The notes beneath the pieces were generated by a model. It made no database searches. It was given only the letters and a program-made list of their open reading frames with translations, and had not been told where the DNA came from. DNA of 64,000 nucleotides from an uncultured Acidobacteriota bacterium (GTDB taxonomy: Bacteria > Acidobacteriota > Thermoanaerobaculia > Gp7-AA8), in NCBI GenBank assembly GCA_963822445.1, contig CAWGHO010000002.1, forward strand, positions 2,336,001 to 2,400,000, read 5' to 3'. Below are positions 49,612-58,844 of the stretch, piece after piece (position 1 is the first letter of the stretch; each line of letters starts with the position of its first letter). Position numbers and translations under genes: made by a program.

Positions 49612-51042
49612 ATGAGAAAAACTTTTGTTTGGGCTTTGATGGCCACCTTGCTCGTTGCAGGGTCGGCGTTCGCAGCCGACAGGAACATCCGGGAGAACGC
49701 TACGTTCGCCACGGGTGGCCCGTCGACCACGAACAACGACGACTCGTGCGACATCGGAGTTACGCCGGCGGCGACGCTGCTGCTGCCGTACTTCGAAGTC
49801 GACATTACCTCTCCTGCCGGCACTGGCGAGACCACGATCTTCACGATCACGAACGTCTCGAACCTGCCGCAGGTCGCCCACGTTACTCTGTGGACGGACT
49901 TCTCGTACCCGGTCATCGACTTCAACATCTACCTGACCGGTTATGACGTGCAGAGCATCAACCTGTACGACGTCATCTTCCGTGGCGAGATCGCTCCGGA
50001 TGACGGTACGGGCTCCGACGTTTCGCCGGTTGGTCCGCTGTCCGGTACGTCCGCGACGGCTGATTTCGACAACCCGGTCGTCACCGAGGCGAGCTGCGTT
50101 CAGCTCCCCGTTGAGCTGCCGGCGGCTTACGTCACCCGCATGCGGAACGCGTTCACGACCGGCAAGGCGCCGGGCGTTGGCGTGACCACCGCGGGCGCGA
50201 CCTGCAACACCGCTGGCGGCACTCACACGAATGCCGTCGGCTATGCGACGATCGACGTGGCGGGCATCTGCTCCACCACCCTCCCGACCGCCGCGTCGTA
50301 CTTCGACACCGAAATCCGCTTCGACAACGTCCTGATCGGCGACTATCAGCAGATCAACGGCGATGAGGATTTCGCGCAGGGCAACCCGATGGTTCACATC
50401 CGTGCGATCCCCGAGGGCGGCACTCAGGCCACCCGCGTGGGCGCAGCGTTCGCCGTGAACTTCGATCGCACCTTCTACAGCCGCTACGATGCGGACAACA
50501 GCAACGCCCGTCAGCCGCTCCCGGCGCTCTTCGCCGCGCGCTGGATTGAGGGTGGCGCTGGTGGTTTCGAGACGTTCTACAAGATCTGGCGCGAAGGCAA
50601 CACGACCTCCGCGACGGTCTGCTCGCAGTACCCGGCCCAGGGTGGCGCTCTGAACATCGTCGAGCTCGTCCGCTTCGACGAAGAAGAGAACCCTGAGACG
50701 CTGGCTCCGGACGTCCTGGTTTCGCCGCCGCCGAGCTTCGCTCCGCAGCTGCCCGAGACCTCGCTGTCCGACGTCGCTGAGAGCGATGACTTCCCGACCA
50801 ACACTCAGGGAGCCGTCGCTGGTTGGATGTACATGAACCTTGATTCCGGTCTCGATGACGCGTCGCTGTCGGCGAGCCAGAACTGGGTCATCGTTTCGAT
50901 GCGCGCCGAGGATCGCTTCTCGGTCGACTTCGACGCGGCATGGCTCGGCAACGGCTGCACGCCGGAAATCGCCATCACCGAAGCTTCGGGTGGCGCTGGC
51001 GCTCCGATCGGTCCGGCCCCGAACTTCAACCCGAATCTGTAG
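49612..51042 (+). CDS. Secreted acidic protein, candidate major surface/S-layer protein
   Basis: SD AGGAG, signal peptide ending AFA, Thr/Ala/Gly/Asp-rich, 6 Cys and only 2 Lys in the mature part; function inferred. Confidence 0.7.
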   Translation: MRKTFVWALMATLLVAGSAFAADRNIRENATFATGGPSTTNNDDSCDIGVTPAATLLLPYFEVDITSPAGTGETTIFTITNVSNLPQVAHVTLWTDFSYPVIDFNIYLTGYDVQSINLYDVIFRGEIAPDDGTGSDVSPVGPLSGTSATADFDNPVVTEASCVQLPVELPAAYVTRMRNAFTTGKAPGVGVTTAGATCNTAGGTHTNAVGYATIDVAGICSTTLPTAASYFDTEIRFDNVLIGDYQQINGDEDFAQGNPMVHIRAIPEGGTQATRVGAAFAVNFDRTFYSRYDADNSNARQPLPALFAARWIEGGAGGFETFYKIWREGNTTSATVCSQYPAQGGALNIVELVRFDEEENPETLAPDVLVSPPPSFAPQLPETSLSDVAESDDFPTNTQGAVAGWMYMNLDSGLDDASLSASQNWVIVSMRAEDRFSVDFDAAWLGNGCTPEIAITEASGGAGAPIGPAPNFNPNL

Positions 51043-51068
51043 TACTTACTGCATCCGCAGTAGCCGTG

Positions 51069-51100
51069 AGGCGGGCCGGGAAACCGGCCCGCCTTTTTTT
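51069..51100 (+). terminator. Intrinsic terminator
   Basis: GGCGGGCCGG-GAAA-CCGGCCCGCC-T7. Confidence 0.9.
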
Positions 51101-51242
51101 GTTTCCGCTCGAATGAATCACGCCGTCCTCGTGGTTCCTTCGATCGGGTCCAAAAAAGTCTTTGCCAAACGGCTCGGCTTTCCTTAAAATAACAGTTCAA
51201 TCTCGTCCGTTCTCGACAACACTTTTCACCGGGGGTGTGGAT

Positions 51243-54200
51243 TTGAAGCTATTTACGAATACCGCTGCGCTTTTGCTGGCCGTGTGGCTCTCGCCGGCAG
51301 CTTTCGCCGGCTACTACACGCTGCCTTCGAAGACGTCCGAGGCTGTCACCAAGTGCATCGGGTGCAAAGGCAGCAATCTCTATGGCGAGTCGAACGACGG
51401 ACTGCCGACGTATCAGTACGCGTCGCCGATCGCCAAGCACGTCGGCCGGATCGTCGACTCCAGCTGGACCAAGGACATTCAGAACGGCTATGGCCTCCGG
51501 ACGCTTCGCGCGGGGGTGATCCGCGTCGCACCGACCCAGCGCGGCAGCTCTCCTCCCACGATCTACATGGAGCTGGGCGGCGCCGTCGCGGCCTATCAGA
51601 TGAGCACCTTTTTCTCCTCCAAGCTCCCCGCGGGCATGGTTGACATCAAAACACTCGTCAGCGGCGTCGGTGGTTCGAGAACGGGACGCGGCGACCTGAA
51701 CGAGATGGTCACGCCCTGGGACTCCTACAGTTACATCGAGAAGTACCGCGATTTCGGTTGGGACATCGTCGAGTACGACATCCAGGACTCCCTCGGCGAT
51801 TTCGACTTCGACGATCGCGGCTATCTCTACGGCTCATTCAGCTCGTTCGGCTGGGCCATCGCCCAGGATGCCGGCATCACCGGTGGCTCGATCATGCCTC
51901 CCATCGGTCAGGGCCAGGACGGCGGCATGACCATGACCGCCATCAAGACAGGTGGTGTGTATTACGCCGCCATTTCCTCCGGTGGTGGTAACCACGTCCT
52001 CTACAACACCACCAATCCGGCGCTGCCGGTGCAGATTGCGACGCGTAACTACGCCATCACCAAGTGGGCCCGCCACGACGCCACGAAGCGCCTGGCCATC
52101 GTCGACAACGTCGGCAAGCTGCGCATCTACGACTACGACACGTTCGTCGGCGGCGGCAATCCTCTGATCGGCCCCGTGACTGCTGAGAGCAACAACAAGT
52201 TCATCGACGTCACGTCCGACGAGAACGGAAACTTCTGGGCGATCGAGAGCTCGCAGTCCTTCAACTCATCGGTCGTTCGCTACGCCGTCGGATCTTCGAC
52301 GGGTCTTCGTCTGGGCCTTGGCGAGACTTACTCGGGCTCTCACATCACCGCGCAGGCCGGACATCTGGCCGTCGCGGGCATGTCGGCTGACGGCATGGAT
52401 GTGCTGATGTTCAAGATCGAGGGCAATACGCTTCGCAAGCTCGATCTCCGGAACTTCTTCAAGCGCTACTACCACGCGCCGCTGAGAGGAAATGCGCAGC
52501 CGCCGGCAGACCGCAGCTACGTTTCCACGCCGACCGCCGTCCAGTTCATCAAGTACAACAACAAGCTCTACTTCATCTACAACGCCCACGGCATGGGCGA
52601 CGTCTTCGAGATCGAGTCCGGCGACAGCATCACCGGCGCGATGAAGACCACCAGCTTCGGTACGGCCAACCCGAACTCGAAGGCGCCGGCCGGCAGCGGT
52701 CCGTTCCCCGGTGACGTCGTGAAGTTCACGGCGGCAAGCTCGAATGCGAACGTTCCCTACACGCTGAGCTGGGATTTCGATAATCCGGAATCGGGAGCGA
52801 ACCTCGCCCAGGCAGCGACCGGCGTGGAGGTTTCCCATCAGTTCGGCGGCTACACCACGGCTGGACAGATCACCACGGTGAAGAGGGTCACGGCGACCGC
52901 CACCAGCGATTCCACGATCACCGACACCATCAACGTGACCCTCAAAGTCCCGGTCGTGCGCATGGGCGTGAGCGGCAGCAGCACGCCGATCACTTCCGCC
53001 GCGACGCCCCTCAACGTTCTTCTGGGCGATACCTTCAACGACGCCTCGGACGGATCGATGGAGAGTCATTACACGACGTGGGCGTTCGATGGCGGACCGG
53101 CCACGGCCATGCTTCCCAACGCGTCGGCTCCAACCGGCGCAATCGGAGCACACACCGTCAGCCTGAATGCCTACTACGGACGCTACGACATGACCACGGG
53201 CGCGACCACGACGCCCATGTTCAACGCGTCGCTCCTGAACGTTCCCTACACGGTGCGCCCGTTCCTGTTCACGCTGAGCGCGGCCAAGTCGGGCGCGAAC
53301 GCGGTCTTCAGCGGAACGTCGCCCCGCGTCACGTCGACCCCGGGCGTCATCACGGCCACCGAGTGGACCGTGACCTGGTCGATCACCGGCACTCACACGG
53401 CGACGATTCCGGCGCCTCAGACGGTTGCAATCGGGACCATCCCGCCGCTGACCGTTCCCGCATCCGCGGTGAATGCCGACAACGTCGTGACCCTGACCGT
53501 CTCCATCCCCGCCGCGAACCTTACCGGCGCTGGTCCCGAGTACGCGTCGTATTCGCAGTCGATGACTCTCGCCAAGCCGGTGCCCGCCATCAGCAAGGGG
53601 AACACCTGCCAGCACGCCAACGCTCCATGCACGCTGACCGTCAGCGGTCCCAGCGTCTCCGATTCGACCGTCACCTGGACGATCACGAAGGACGGCGCGC
53701 CGTTCAGCTCCGGTAGCGGCCTGTCCGTCTCGCCGGTCATCACGGAGCCCGGCAGCTACGTCGCCACTGCGACCGCTGTCAAAGGCATCTTCGAAGGTGT
53801 CGCGAGTCTTCCGTTCACCGTCGCCGCCTCCCTGTGCGGCGCGCCGCCGCACATCGACACCGTCTCGATCCACATGTCCTGCCCGAATGCCGGCTGCGTT
53901 CCCAACGTCGACATCACGTTCAGGGCTACGTTCATCGGCTACACCCCTCAGGACTGCGACGTCTACACCTGGCGGATGGGCGACAACACCGCGACGAAGA
54001 GCGGTTCTCAGGTTACGCACAAGTACACGGCCGGCGGCACCTTTACCGTTCGCCTCACCATCTCGAATTCGAGCGGCCAGACGGCCACTGAAATCTCGAA
54101 GATCATCGCCATCACCGGTAGCGGTGGCGGCGGTGGTGGTGGCGGAGGTGGAGGTGGGGACACCTGCACCCGTCCCAGCAACGTGACGTTCACCTACGGT

Positions 54201-56507
54201 GGGGTCACCAGCGATTGCGAACCCGGCGGCGTTCCCTGCAAGGCCGGTGAGCGCGTCAACTTCACCGGTCTCAAGAACGGCGACTTCCTGAGCACCTCTT
54301 GCGACACCGCCACCTGGGAATTCGGCGATGGCGGCACGGGCACAGGTCGTAGCCCGAACCACACCTACGCCTCTCCAGGAACCTACCCCGTCACGCTTCG
54401 GGTCTCGAGCTCGGCCGGTGCGGCGACGCCTTACACGTACTCGATTCAGGTCGTCAGCAGCGACGGCAGTGGTGGTGGTGGTGGTGGCAGTGGCAGCTGC
54501 TCGCTCACACCGACGGAATCGGAAGTCCTTCTCGATTTCCGCGGCACGCAGAGCGCCTGCACCGACTCCAACGGCGCTCTCTGCAGCCGCAATGAGGTCA
54601 TTCAGTTCGACGCCAAGCCGTTCCGCTACACCTTCCAGACCTGCGACAAGTTCGAATGGAACTTCGGCGACGGCAGCACCTCGGATCAGAAGAACCCGAC
54701 ACATGTGTACACCGGTACCTCGCCGGCGTACACCGTCACTCTCCGCGTCTACAACACGAACAATCCCACCGGCTTCACGCTGAACGCCATCGTGCCGTTC
54801 GACAACGCTCCGGTCCTGCAGACGCCTGTCGTCACCCTCTCGTCGCCCTCCGGCGCCGCGAAGGGTCAGGTCGTGACGTTCACCGCAACGACCGACATCC
54901 CGGCCACAGGCTGGTCGTGGAACTTCGGTGATGGCTCCGCGAAGGACAACTCGCAGGCGTCCGTGAAGGGCACTTCCAGCACCGTGACCCACGTCTTCAC
55001 CAAGACCGGCTCGTTCAACGTGACGGTCACGGCGAAGAACGCGGAAGACGCCGGCAGCGCGTCCACCGGCACCGGTCTCGGATCGATCGCCGTCTCCGAG
55101 ACGCCGCTCTACAAGTTCCTGATTCCGGCGGTCATCCACGCCGGTGGTCTCAACGGCAGCTCGTGGCGTACCGACGTGCAGGTTTACTACAGCGCGCCGA
55201 ATCCGTCCGCGGAGCCGCTGGTCATGACGGCTGAGTTCAACGGCTCGACCGACCAGCTGCAGATCAACCAGTCCACCTTCATCTACGAGGACTTCGTCAA
55301 GAACCTCGTCACCGGTGACGGTCAGGGCGCGGTCATCCTCACGACCCAGACGAAGTACAAGCCGCAGATCTGGACGCGTACCTACAACGTCGACGCGAGC
55401 GGCAAGACCTTCGGCCAGTTCATTCCGGCCATCGAGCTCACCGGCACGGCCAGCGCCGCTGTCGAAGGGCTGGCTGATCCGGTGAAGTACTTCCTGCCCG
55501 GTCTCCGCGAGAACAGCCGTTACCGCACCAACCTCGGCTTCATCAATCCGAACCCGACTCCAGTCAGTGCCAACGTCGTGGTCTACGACGATCTGCGCAT
55601 TCCCTTGACGCAGTTCCACGTGGACATGGGCCCGTTCGAGCTCGTGCCGGTCAACGGCCTGAAGTCGAAGGTTCCGGATCTTCCGAACCGTCCGGTAACG
55701 CTCGAGATCACCGTGCCTGCCGGTAAGTGGCTGGTTGCCTATGCCTCCTTCATCGACGGCTTCAGCAACGACCCGGCGTACATCGCGGCCGTTGCCGAGA
55801 CCGAGCTTTCGTCGACCGCTTACGCCACGGGAATCACTCCCGGTGTCGGTCACGTCGGCGATTGGCGCAGCGACGTCACGATCTTCAATCCCGATTCATC
55901 GGGTGTGAGAGTCAATCTGATGTACTACGACGCCGCCGGTCTGCAGCGTGCCGAGGCGAAGGACCTATTCATCGGCGCCGGTCAGGTCAAGACGTACGAC
56001 GATCTGCTGAAGACGTCCGGCCTCTGGTCGACCACGCCGCCCGACGGCCTGGGTATGCTCCTCCTGAAGACGACGACTCCGGTGACGAAGTACCCGCTGA
56101 CCTTCTCGCGGACGTATAACGACAAGGGCTCGGCTGGTACCTTCGGCCAGGGCATCGCCGGCATTGCGGCTGCGAACGCCAACGTCAAGGTGGGCAAGCC
56201 GGGAATCATCCCTGGTGTCCGCAACGACGCGAACTACAAGACCAACATCGGCCTGACCAACACGACCGCGAACGTCGTGAGTGTCGTCGTTCGTCTCCTC
56301 GACCCGAATTCGGGCGCGGTTGCGCAGGAACTGCCGGTAACGCTCAACGCGTATCAGAGCGTGGTCGGTAACTACAACTTCGGCAGCTTGAACACGGGCA
56401 CCTTCAAGGTGGAGATCACCAGCGGTGAAGGCGCGGTCTGGGCCTTTGCCTCGATCATCAACCAGGGCAACGATCCGGAGTACGTTCCGGCCATCCCCCT
56501 GCAGTAA
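51243..56507 (+). CDS. Large secreted PKD/Ig-repeat protein (~1750 aa)
   Basis: TTG start with signal peptide ending AFA; PKD motifs WDFDN, WRMGDN, WEFGDG, WNFGDG x2; poly-Gly linkers; duplicated C-terminal module. Confidence 0.88.
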   Translation: MKLFTNTAALLLAVWLSPAAFAGYYTLPSKTSEAVTKCIGCKGSNLYGESNDGLPTYQYASPIAKHVGRIVDSSWTKDIQNGYGLRTLRAGVIRVAPTQRGSSPPTIYMELGGAVAAYQMSTFFSSKLPAGMVDIKTLVSGVGGSRTGRGDLNEMVTPWDSYSYIEKYRDFGWDIVEYDIQDSLGDFDFDDRGYLYGSFSSFGWAIAQDAGITGGSIMPPIGQGQDGGMTMTAIKTGGVYYAAISSGGGNHVLYNTTNPALPVQIATRNYAITKWARHDATKRLAIVDNVGKLRIYDYDTFVGGGNPLIGPVTAESNNKFIDVTSDENGNFWAIESSQSFNSSVVRYAVGSSTGLRLGLGETYSGSHITAQAGHLAVAGMSADGMDVLMFKIEGNTLRKLDLRNFFKRYYHAPLRGNAQPPADRSYVSTPTAVQFIKYNNKLYFIYNAHGMGDVFEIESGDSITGAMKTTSFGTANPNSKAPAGSGPFPGDVVKFTAASSNANVPYTLSWDFDNPESGANLAQAATGVEVSHQFGGYTTAGQITTVKRVTATATSDSTITDTINVTLKVPVVRMGVSGSSTPITSAATPLNVLLGDTFNDASDGSMESHYTTWAFDGGPATAMLPNASAPTGAIGAHTVSLNAYYGRYDMTTGATTTPMFNASLLNVPYTVRPFLFTLSAAKSGANAVFSGTSPRVTSTPGVITATEWTVTWSITGTHTATIPAPQTVAIGTIPPLTVPASAVNADNVVTLTVSIPAANLTGAGPEYASYSQSMTLAKPVPAISKGNTCQHANAPCTLTVSGPSVSDSTVTWTITKDGAPFSSGSGLSVSPVITEPGSYVATATAVKGIFEGVASLPFTVAASLCGAPPHIDTVSIHMSCPNAGCVPNVDITFRATFIGYTPQDCDVYTWRMGDNTATKSGSQVTHKYTAGGTFTVRLTISNSSGQTATEISKIIAITGSGGGGGGGGGGGGDTCTRPSNVTFTYGGVTSDCEPGGVPCKAGERVNFTGLKNGDFLSTSCDTATWEFGDGGTGTGRSPNHTYASPGTYPVTLRVSSSAGAATPYTYSIQVVSSDGSGGGGGGSGSCSLTPTESEVLLDFRGTQSACTDSNGALCSRNEVIQFDAKPFRYTFQTCDKFEWNFGDGSTSDQKNPTHVYTGTSPAYTVTLRVYNTNNPTGFTLNAIVPFDNAPVLQTPVVTLSSPSGAAKGQVVTFTATTDIPATGWSWNFGDGSAKDNSQASVKGTSSTVTHVFTKTGSFNVTVTAKNAEDAGSASTGTGLGSIAVSETPLYKFLIPAVIHAGGLNGSSWRTDVQVYYSAPNPSAEPLVMTAEFNGSTDQLQINQSTFIYEDFVKNLVTGDGQGAVILTTQTKYKPQIWTRTYNVDASGKTFGQFIPAIELTGTASAAVEGLADPVKYFLPGLRENSRYRTNLGFINPNPTPVSANVVVYDDLRIPLTQFHVDMGPFELVPVNGLKSKVPDLPNRPVTLEITVPAGKWLVAYASFIDGFSNDPAYIAAVAETELSSTAYATGITPGVGHVGDWRSDVTIFNPDSSGVRVNLMYYDAAGLQRAEAKDLFIGAGQVKTYDDLLKTSGLWSTTPPDGLGMLLLKTTTPVTKYPLTFSRTYNDKGSAGTFGQGIAGIAAANANVKVGKPGIIPGVRNDANYKTNIGLTNTTANVVSVVVRLLDPNSGAVAQELPVTLNAYQSVVGNYNFGSLNTGTFKVEITSGEGAVWAFASIINQGNDPEYVPAIPLQ

Positions 56508-56528
56508 CCCCGCATCCACAGCATCTCT

Positions 56529-56563
56529 CGAAGTGGCGGGCTCCGGCCCGCCACTTCGCTTTT
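56529..56563 (+). terminator. Intrinsic terminator
   Basis: CGAAGTGGCGGGC-TCCG-GCCCGCCACTTCG-CTTTT. Confidence 0.85.
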
Positions 56564-56598
56564 GGACGCGTCCTGACGCAAGTCCGTAGAATGCCCGG

Positions 56599-57819
56599 AT
56601 GGAGACCGCCGTCCGCGCCACCAGCGTGTCGAAGCAGTACGACATGTACCGCCGGCCCATGGATCGCGTGGTCGAGATCCTGACGCGCCGCCCGCGGCAC
56701 GTCGTGTTTCCGGCGCTGCAGGACGTTTCCTTCGAAGTCGAGCGCGGCGAGACCGTCGGGATCATCGGCCAGAACGGAGCCGGCAAGAGCACGCTCCTCA
56801 AGCTGCTCTGCGGCGTGGCCCGACCCAGCTCCGGATCGCTCGAGACGCACGGCACGATCGCGTCGATCCTCGAGCTGGGCACCGGGTTTCACCCCGAATT
56901 CAGCGGCCGCGACAACGCCGCCCTCAACGCGGCCATCCTCGGCCTCAATCAAAGTGAAGTGCGCGAGCGCTTGCCGCAGATTCTCGAATTCTCGGAGCTC
57001 GGCTCCTTCGTCGATCGCCCCGTGAAGACCTACTCGTCGGGCATGTACATGCGCCTTGCGTTTTCCGTCGCGGTCAACGTCAATCCCGACATCCTGGTCA
57101 TCGACGAGGCCCTGGCCGTCGGCGACGGTCACTTTCAGAAGAAGTGCATCGACAAGATTCGCGAGTTTCAGGAGGACGGTAAGACCATCCTCTTCTGCTC
57201 CCACGCGCTCTACTACATCACCTCCATCTGCCGCCGCACGCTCTGGCTCGATCAGGGGAGGGTGATGCGTTACGGCCCTTCGGTCGACGTCGTGCATGAG
57301 TACGAGACTTTCTTGCGCGAGCGCGATCGCGAGCATCCCGCGACCGAGGTCGTCGTGCCGGAGCGCACGCCGGTGCGCATCCGCGAGGTCACGGTGATGG
57401 ACCGCGCCGGCCGCGCGCGGGACCGGTTCAGCCGTGGCGAGGAGATCCAGGTCCGCCTGCGCATCGAATCCGATTCGCCGTCACAGCCCGTACACGTGAT
57501 CGTCGGCGTTCATCGCTCTGCCGACGACATGCAGTGTTTCGCCGTTGGAACTCACGCCGACGGAATGCGTCCGCTGTCCGGCCAGAACGAGTACGAAGTC
57601 ACCGCGCGGCTGATGGATGTGCCCCTGCTGCGCGGCGACTACGACATCCTGACCTTCGCCGGAGACGAGCACGCCATGACCGTGTTCGATCGCCGCGATC
57701 TCCGCCCCGGTTTCTCGATGAGCGGGGATCGCTACGAGATCGGCATGCTCGCGGTCGATCATCGCTGGGACGTGCCCGTTCACGAAGAGGCCGCGGCCCC
57801 CGCGGCCAAGTCGCGATGA
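56599..57819 (+). CDS. wzt: ABC polysaccharide export ATPase with C-terminal carbohydrate-binding domain (Wzt-like)
   Basis: GQNGAGKST, YSSGMYMRLAF, DEALAVGD, SH; ~150-aa beta-sandwich tail. Confidence 0.92.
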   Translation: METAVRATSVSKQYDMYRRPMDRVVEILTRRPRHVVFPALQDVSFEVERGETVGIIGQNGAGKSTLLKLLCGVARPSSGSLETHGTIASILELGTGFHPEFSGRDNAALNAAILGLNQSEVRERLPQILEFSELGSFVDRPVKTYSSGMYMRLAFSVAVNVNPDILVIDEALAVGDGHFQKKCIDKIREFQEDGKTILFCSHALYYITSICRRTLWLDQGRVMRYGPSVDVVHEYETFLRERDREHPATEVVVPERTPVRIREVTVMDRAGRARDRFSRGEEIQVRLRIESDSPSQPVHVIVGVHRSADDMQCFAVGTHADGMRPLSGQNEYEVTARLMDVPLLRGDYDILTFAGDEHAMTVFDRRDLRPGFSMSGDRYEIGMLAVDHRWDVPVHEEAAAPAAKSR

Positions 57820-58844
57820 TCTCGCTGCTCGTCGTGAATTACCGCTCGGCGTCGCTCGCTGCCGAGGCCGTGCGGACCGCGCGTGTGGCCACGACGGAGC
57901 CTCTGCAGGTCGTGGCCGTCGACAACAGCGTCGATCCGTCCGAGGCCGCGGCGTTGCGCGCGTTTTCCGACGTGGTCGTCGTCGCCGAAACGAATCGCGG
58001 TTACGCCGGCGGCATCAACCTCGGCCGCCGGGCCTGTGAAGGCGAAACGATCGTGGTCACGAATCCCGACGTGACCTTCGGCGAGCTGGCGATCGACCGG
58101 CTGAACACCGAAGTTCGCCGCGGCGCCGCCGTCGCGGGACCGGCTCTCTTCTGGGATGACGCGCATACGTGGTTGTTGCCGCCCGGCGATCGCTCGACGA
58201 CGATCGAGAAGTTCGACGAGGTCCTGGCCAGCCGCTCGCACGCATGGCGCGATCAGCGCGATCGTCGCCGTTTCCGCCAACGCCTCGCGTTCTGGTCTCT
58301 GCGCGAGACGACGGCCGTGCCGATGCTTTCCGGCGCCGTATTGGCCATTCGCGCGGGCGTCTTCGACGACCTTGGCGGATTCGACGAGCGGTTTCCGCTC
58401 TATTTCGAAGAAACGGACTTTCTTCGCCGGGTTACCGAACGACGCAAACGCATCGCGTACGTGCCCTCGGCCAGATGCCGTCACCTCTACAACCAGAGCG
58501 CCGGCGACGCGTCCGATCACGCCGCGATGAGCTACGCCACGTCCGAAATGCGCTATCTCGAAAAGTGGAGCGGCCCGTTCATGGCCCGGCTGCTGAAGAA
58601 TCTCGAGCGCCCGCTCCCTGTCATCCCGAGCGAAGTCGAGGGACCCGGCGGGCCGGGCGGCGCGACAACCGAGGACGTCATCACCGAAGCCTCCCCCTCC
58701 CCGGTCTTCTCCACCGCCGCCGGCCACTTCGGCCCCGCCACCCTCCCCGAGGAAATCCGGAAGACCCTCAAAACACCCTTCTACCTTCGCACCGTCGCCC
58801 GCGCCACGAGCGAAGTCCTTTCCACGGTTAAAATTTGCCCATGA
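57816..58844 (+). CDS. GT2 family glycosyltransferase
   Basis: VVNYRS, VDNS, NRGYAGGIN, NPD, GGFDERFPLYFEETD. Confidence 0.9.
   Translation: MISLLVVNYRSASLAAEAVRTARVATTEPLQVVAVDNSVDPSEAAALRAFSDVVVVAETNRGYAGGINLGRRACEGETIVVTNPDVTFGELAIDRLNTEVRRGAAVAGPALFWDDAHTWLLPPGDRSTTIEKFDEVLASRSHAWRDQRDRRRFRQRLAFWSLRETTAVPMLSGAVLAIRAGVFDDLGGFDERFPLYFEETDFLRRVTERRKRIAYVPSARCRHLYNQSAGDASDHAAMSYATSEMRYLEKWSGPFMARLLKNLERPLPVIPSEVEGPGGPGGATTEDVITEASPSPVFSTAAGHFGPATLPEEIRKTLKTPFYLRTVARATSEVLSTVKICP
58619..58645 (+). repeat. REP-like half element inside the GT2 gene
   Basis: TGTCATCCCGAGCGAAGTCGAGGGACC, translated as PVIPSEVEG. Confidence 0.6.

Noticed and set aside
46753-51201. ATTGAAC as a shared regulon motif upstream of wzm, the 476-aa gene and the PKD gene
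   Set aside because: Its complement GTTCAAT also occurs repeatedly in coding sequence (TTC AAT), so it is not distinguishable from chance by eye
54115-54495. GGT/GGC runs as contingency repeats
   Set aside because: Mixed codons encoding in-frame poly-Gly linkers, not pure slippage tracts
52266-55853. 1195-aa antisense ORF and many other long overlapping ORFs
   Set aside because: Shadow ORFs expected from high-GC codon bias; no recognisable motifs, and the opposite strand has a clear gene
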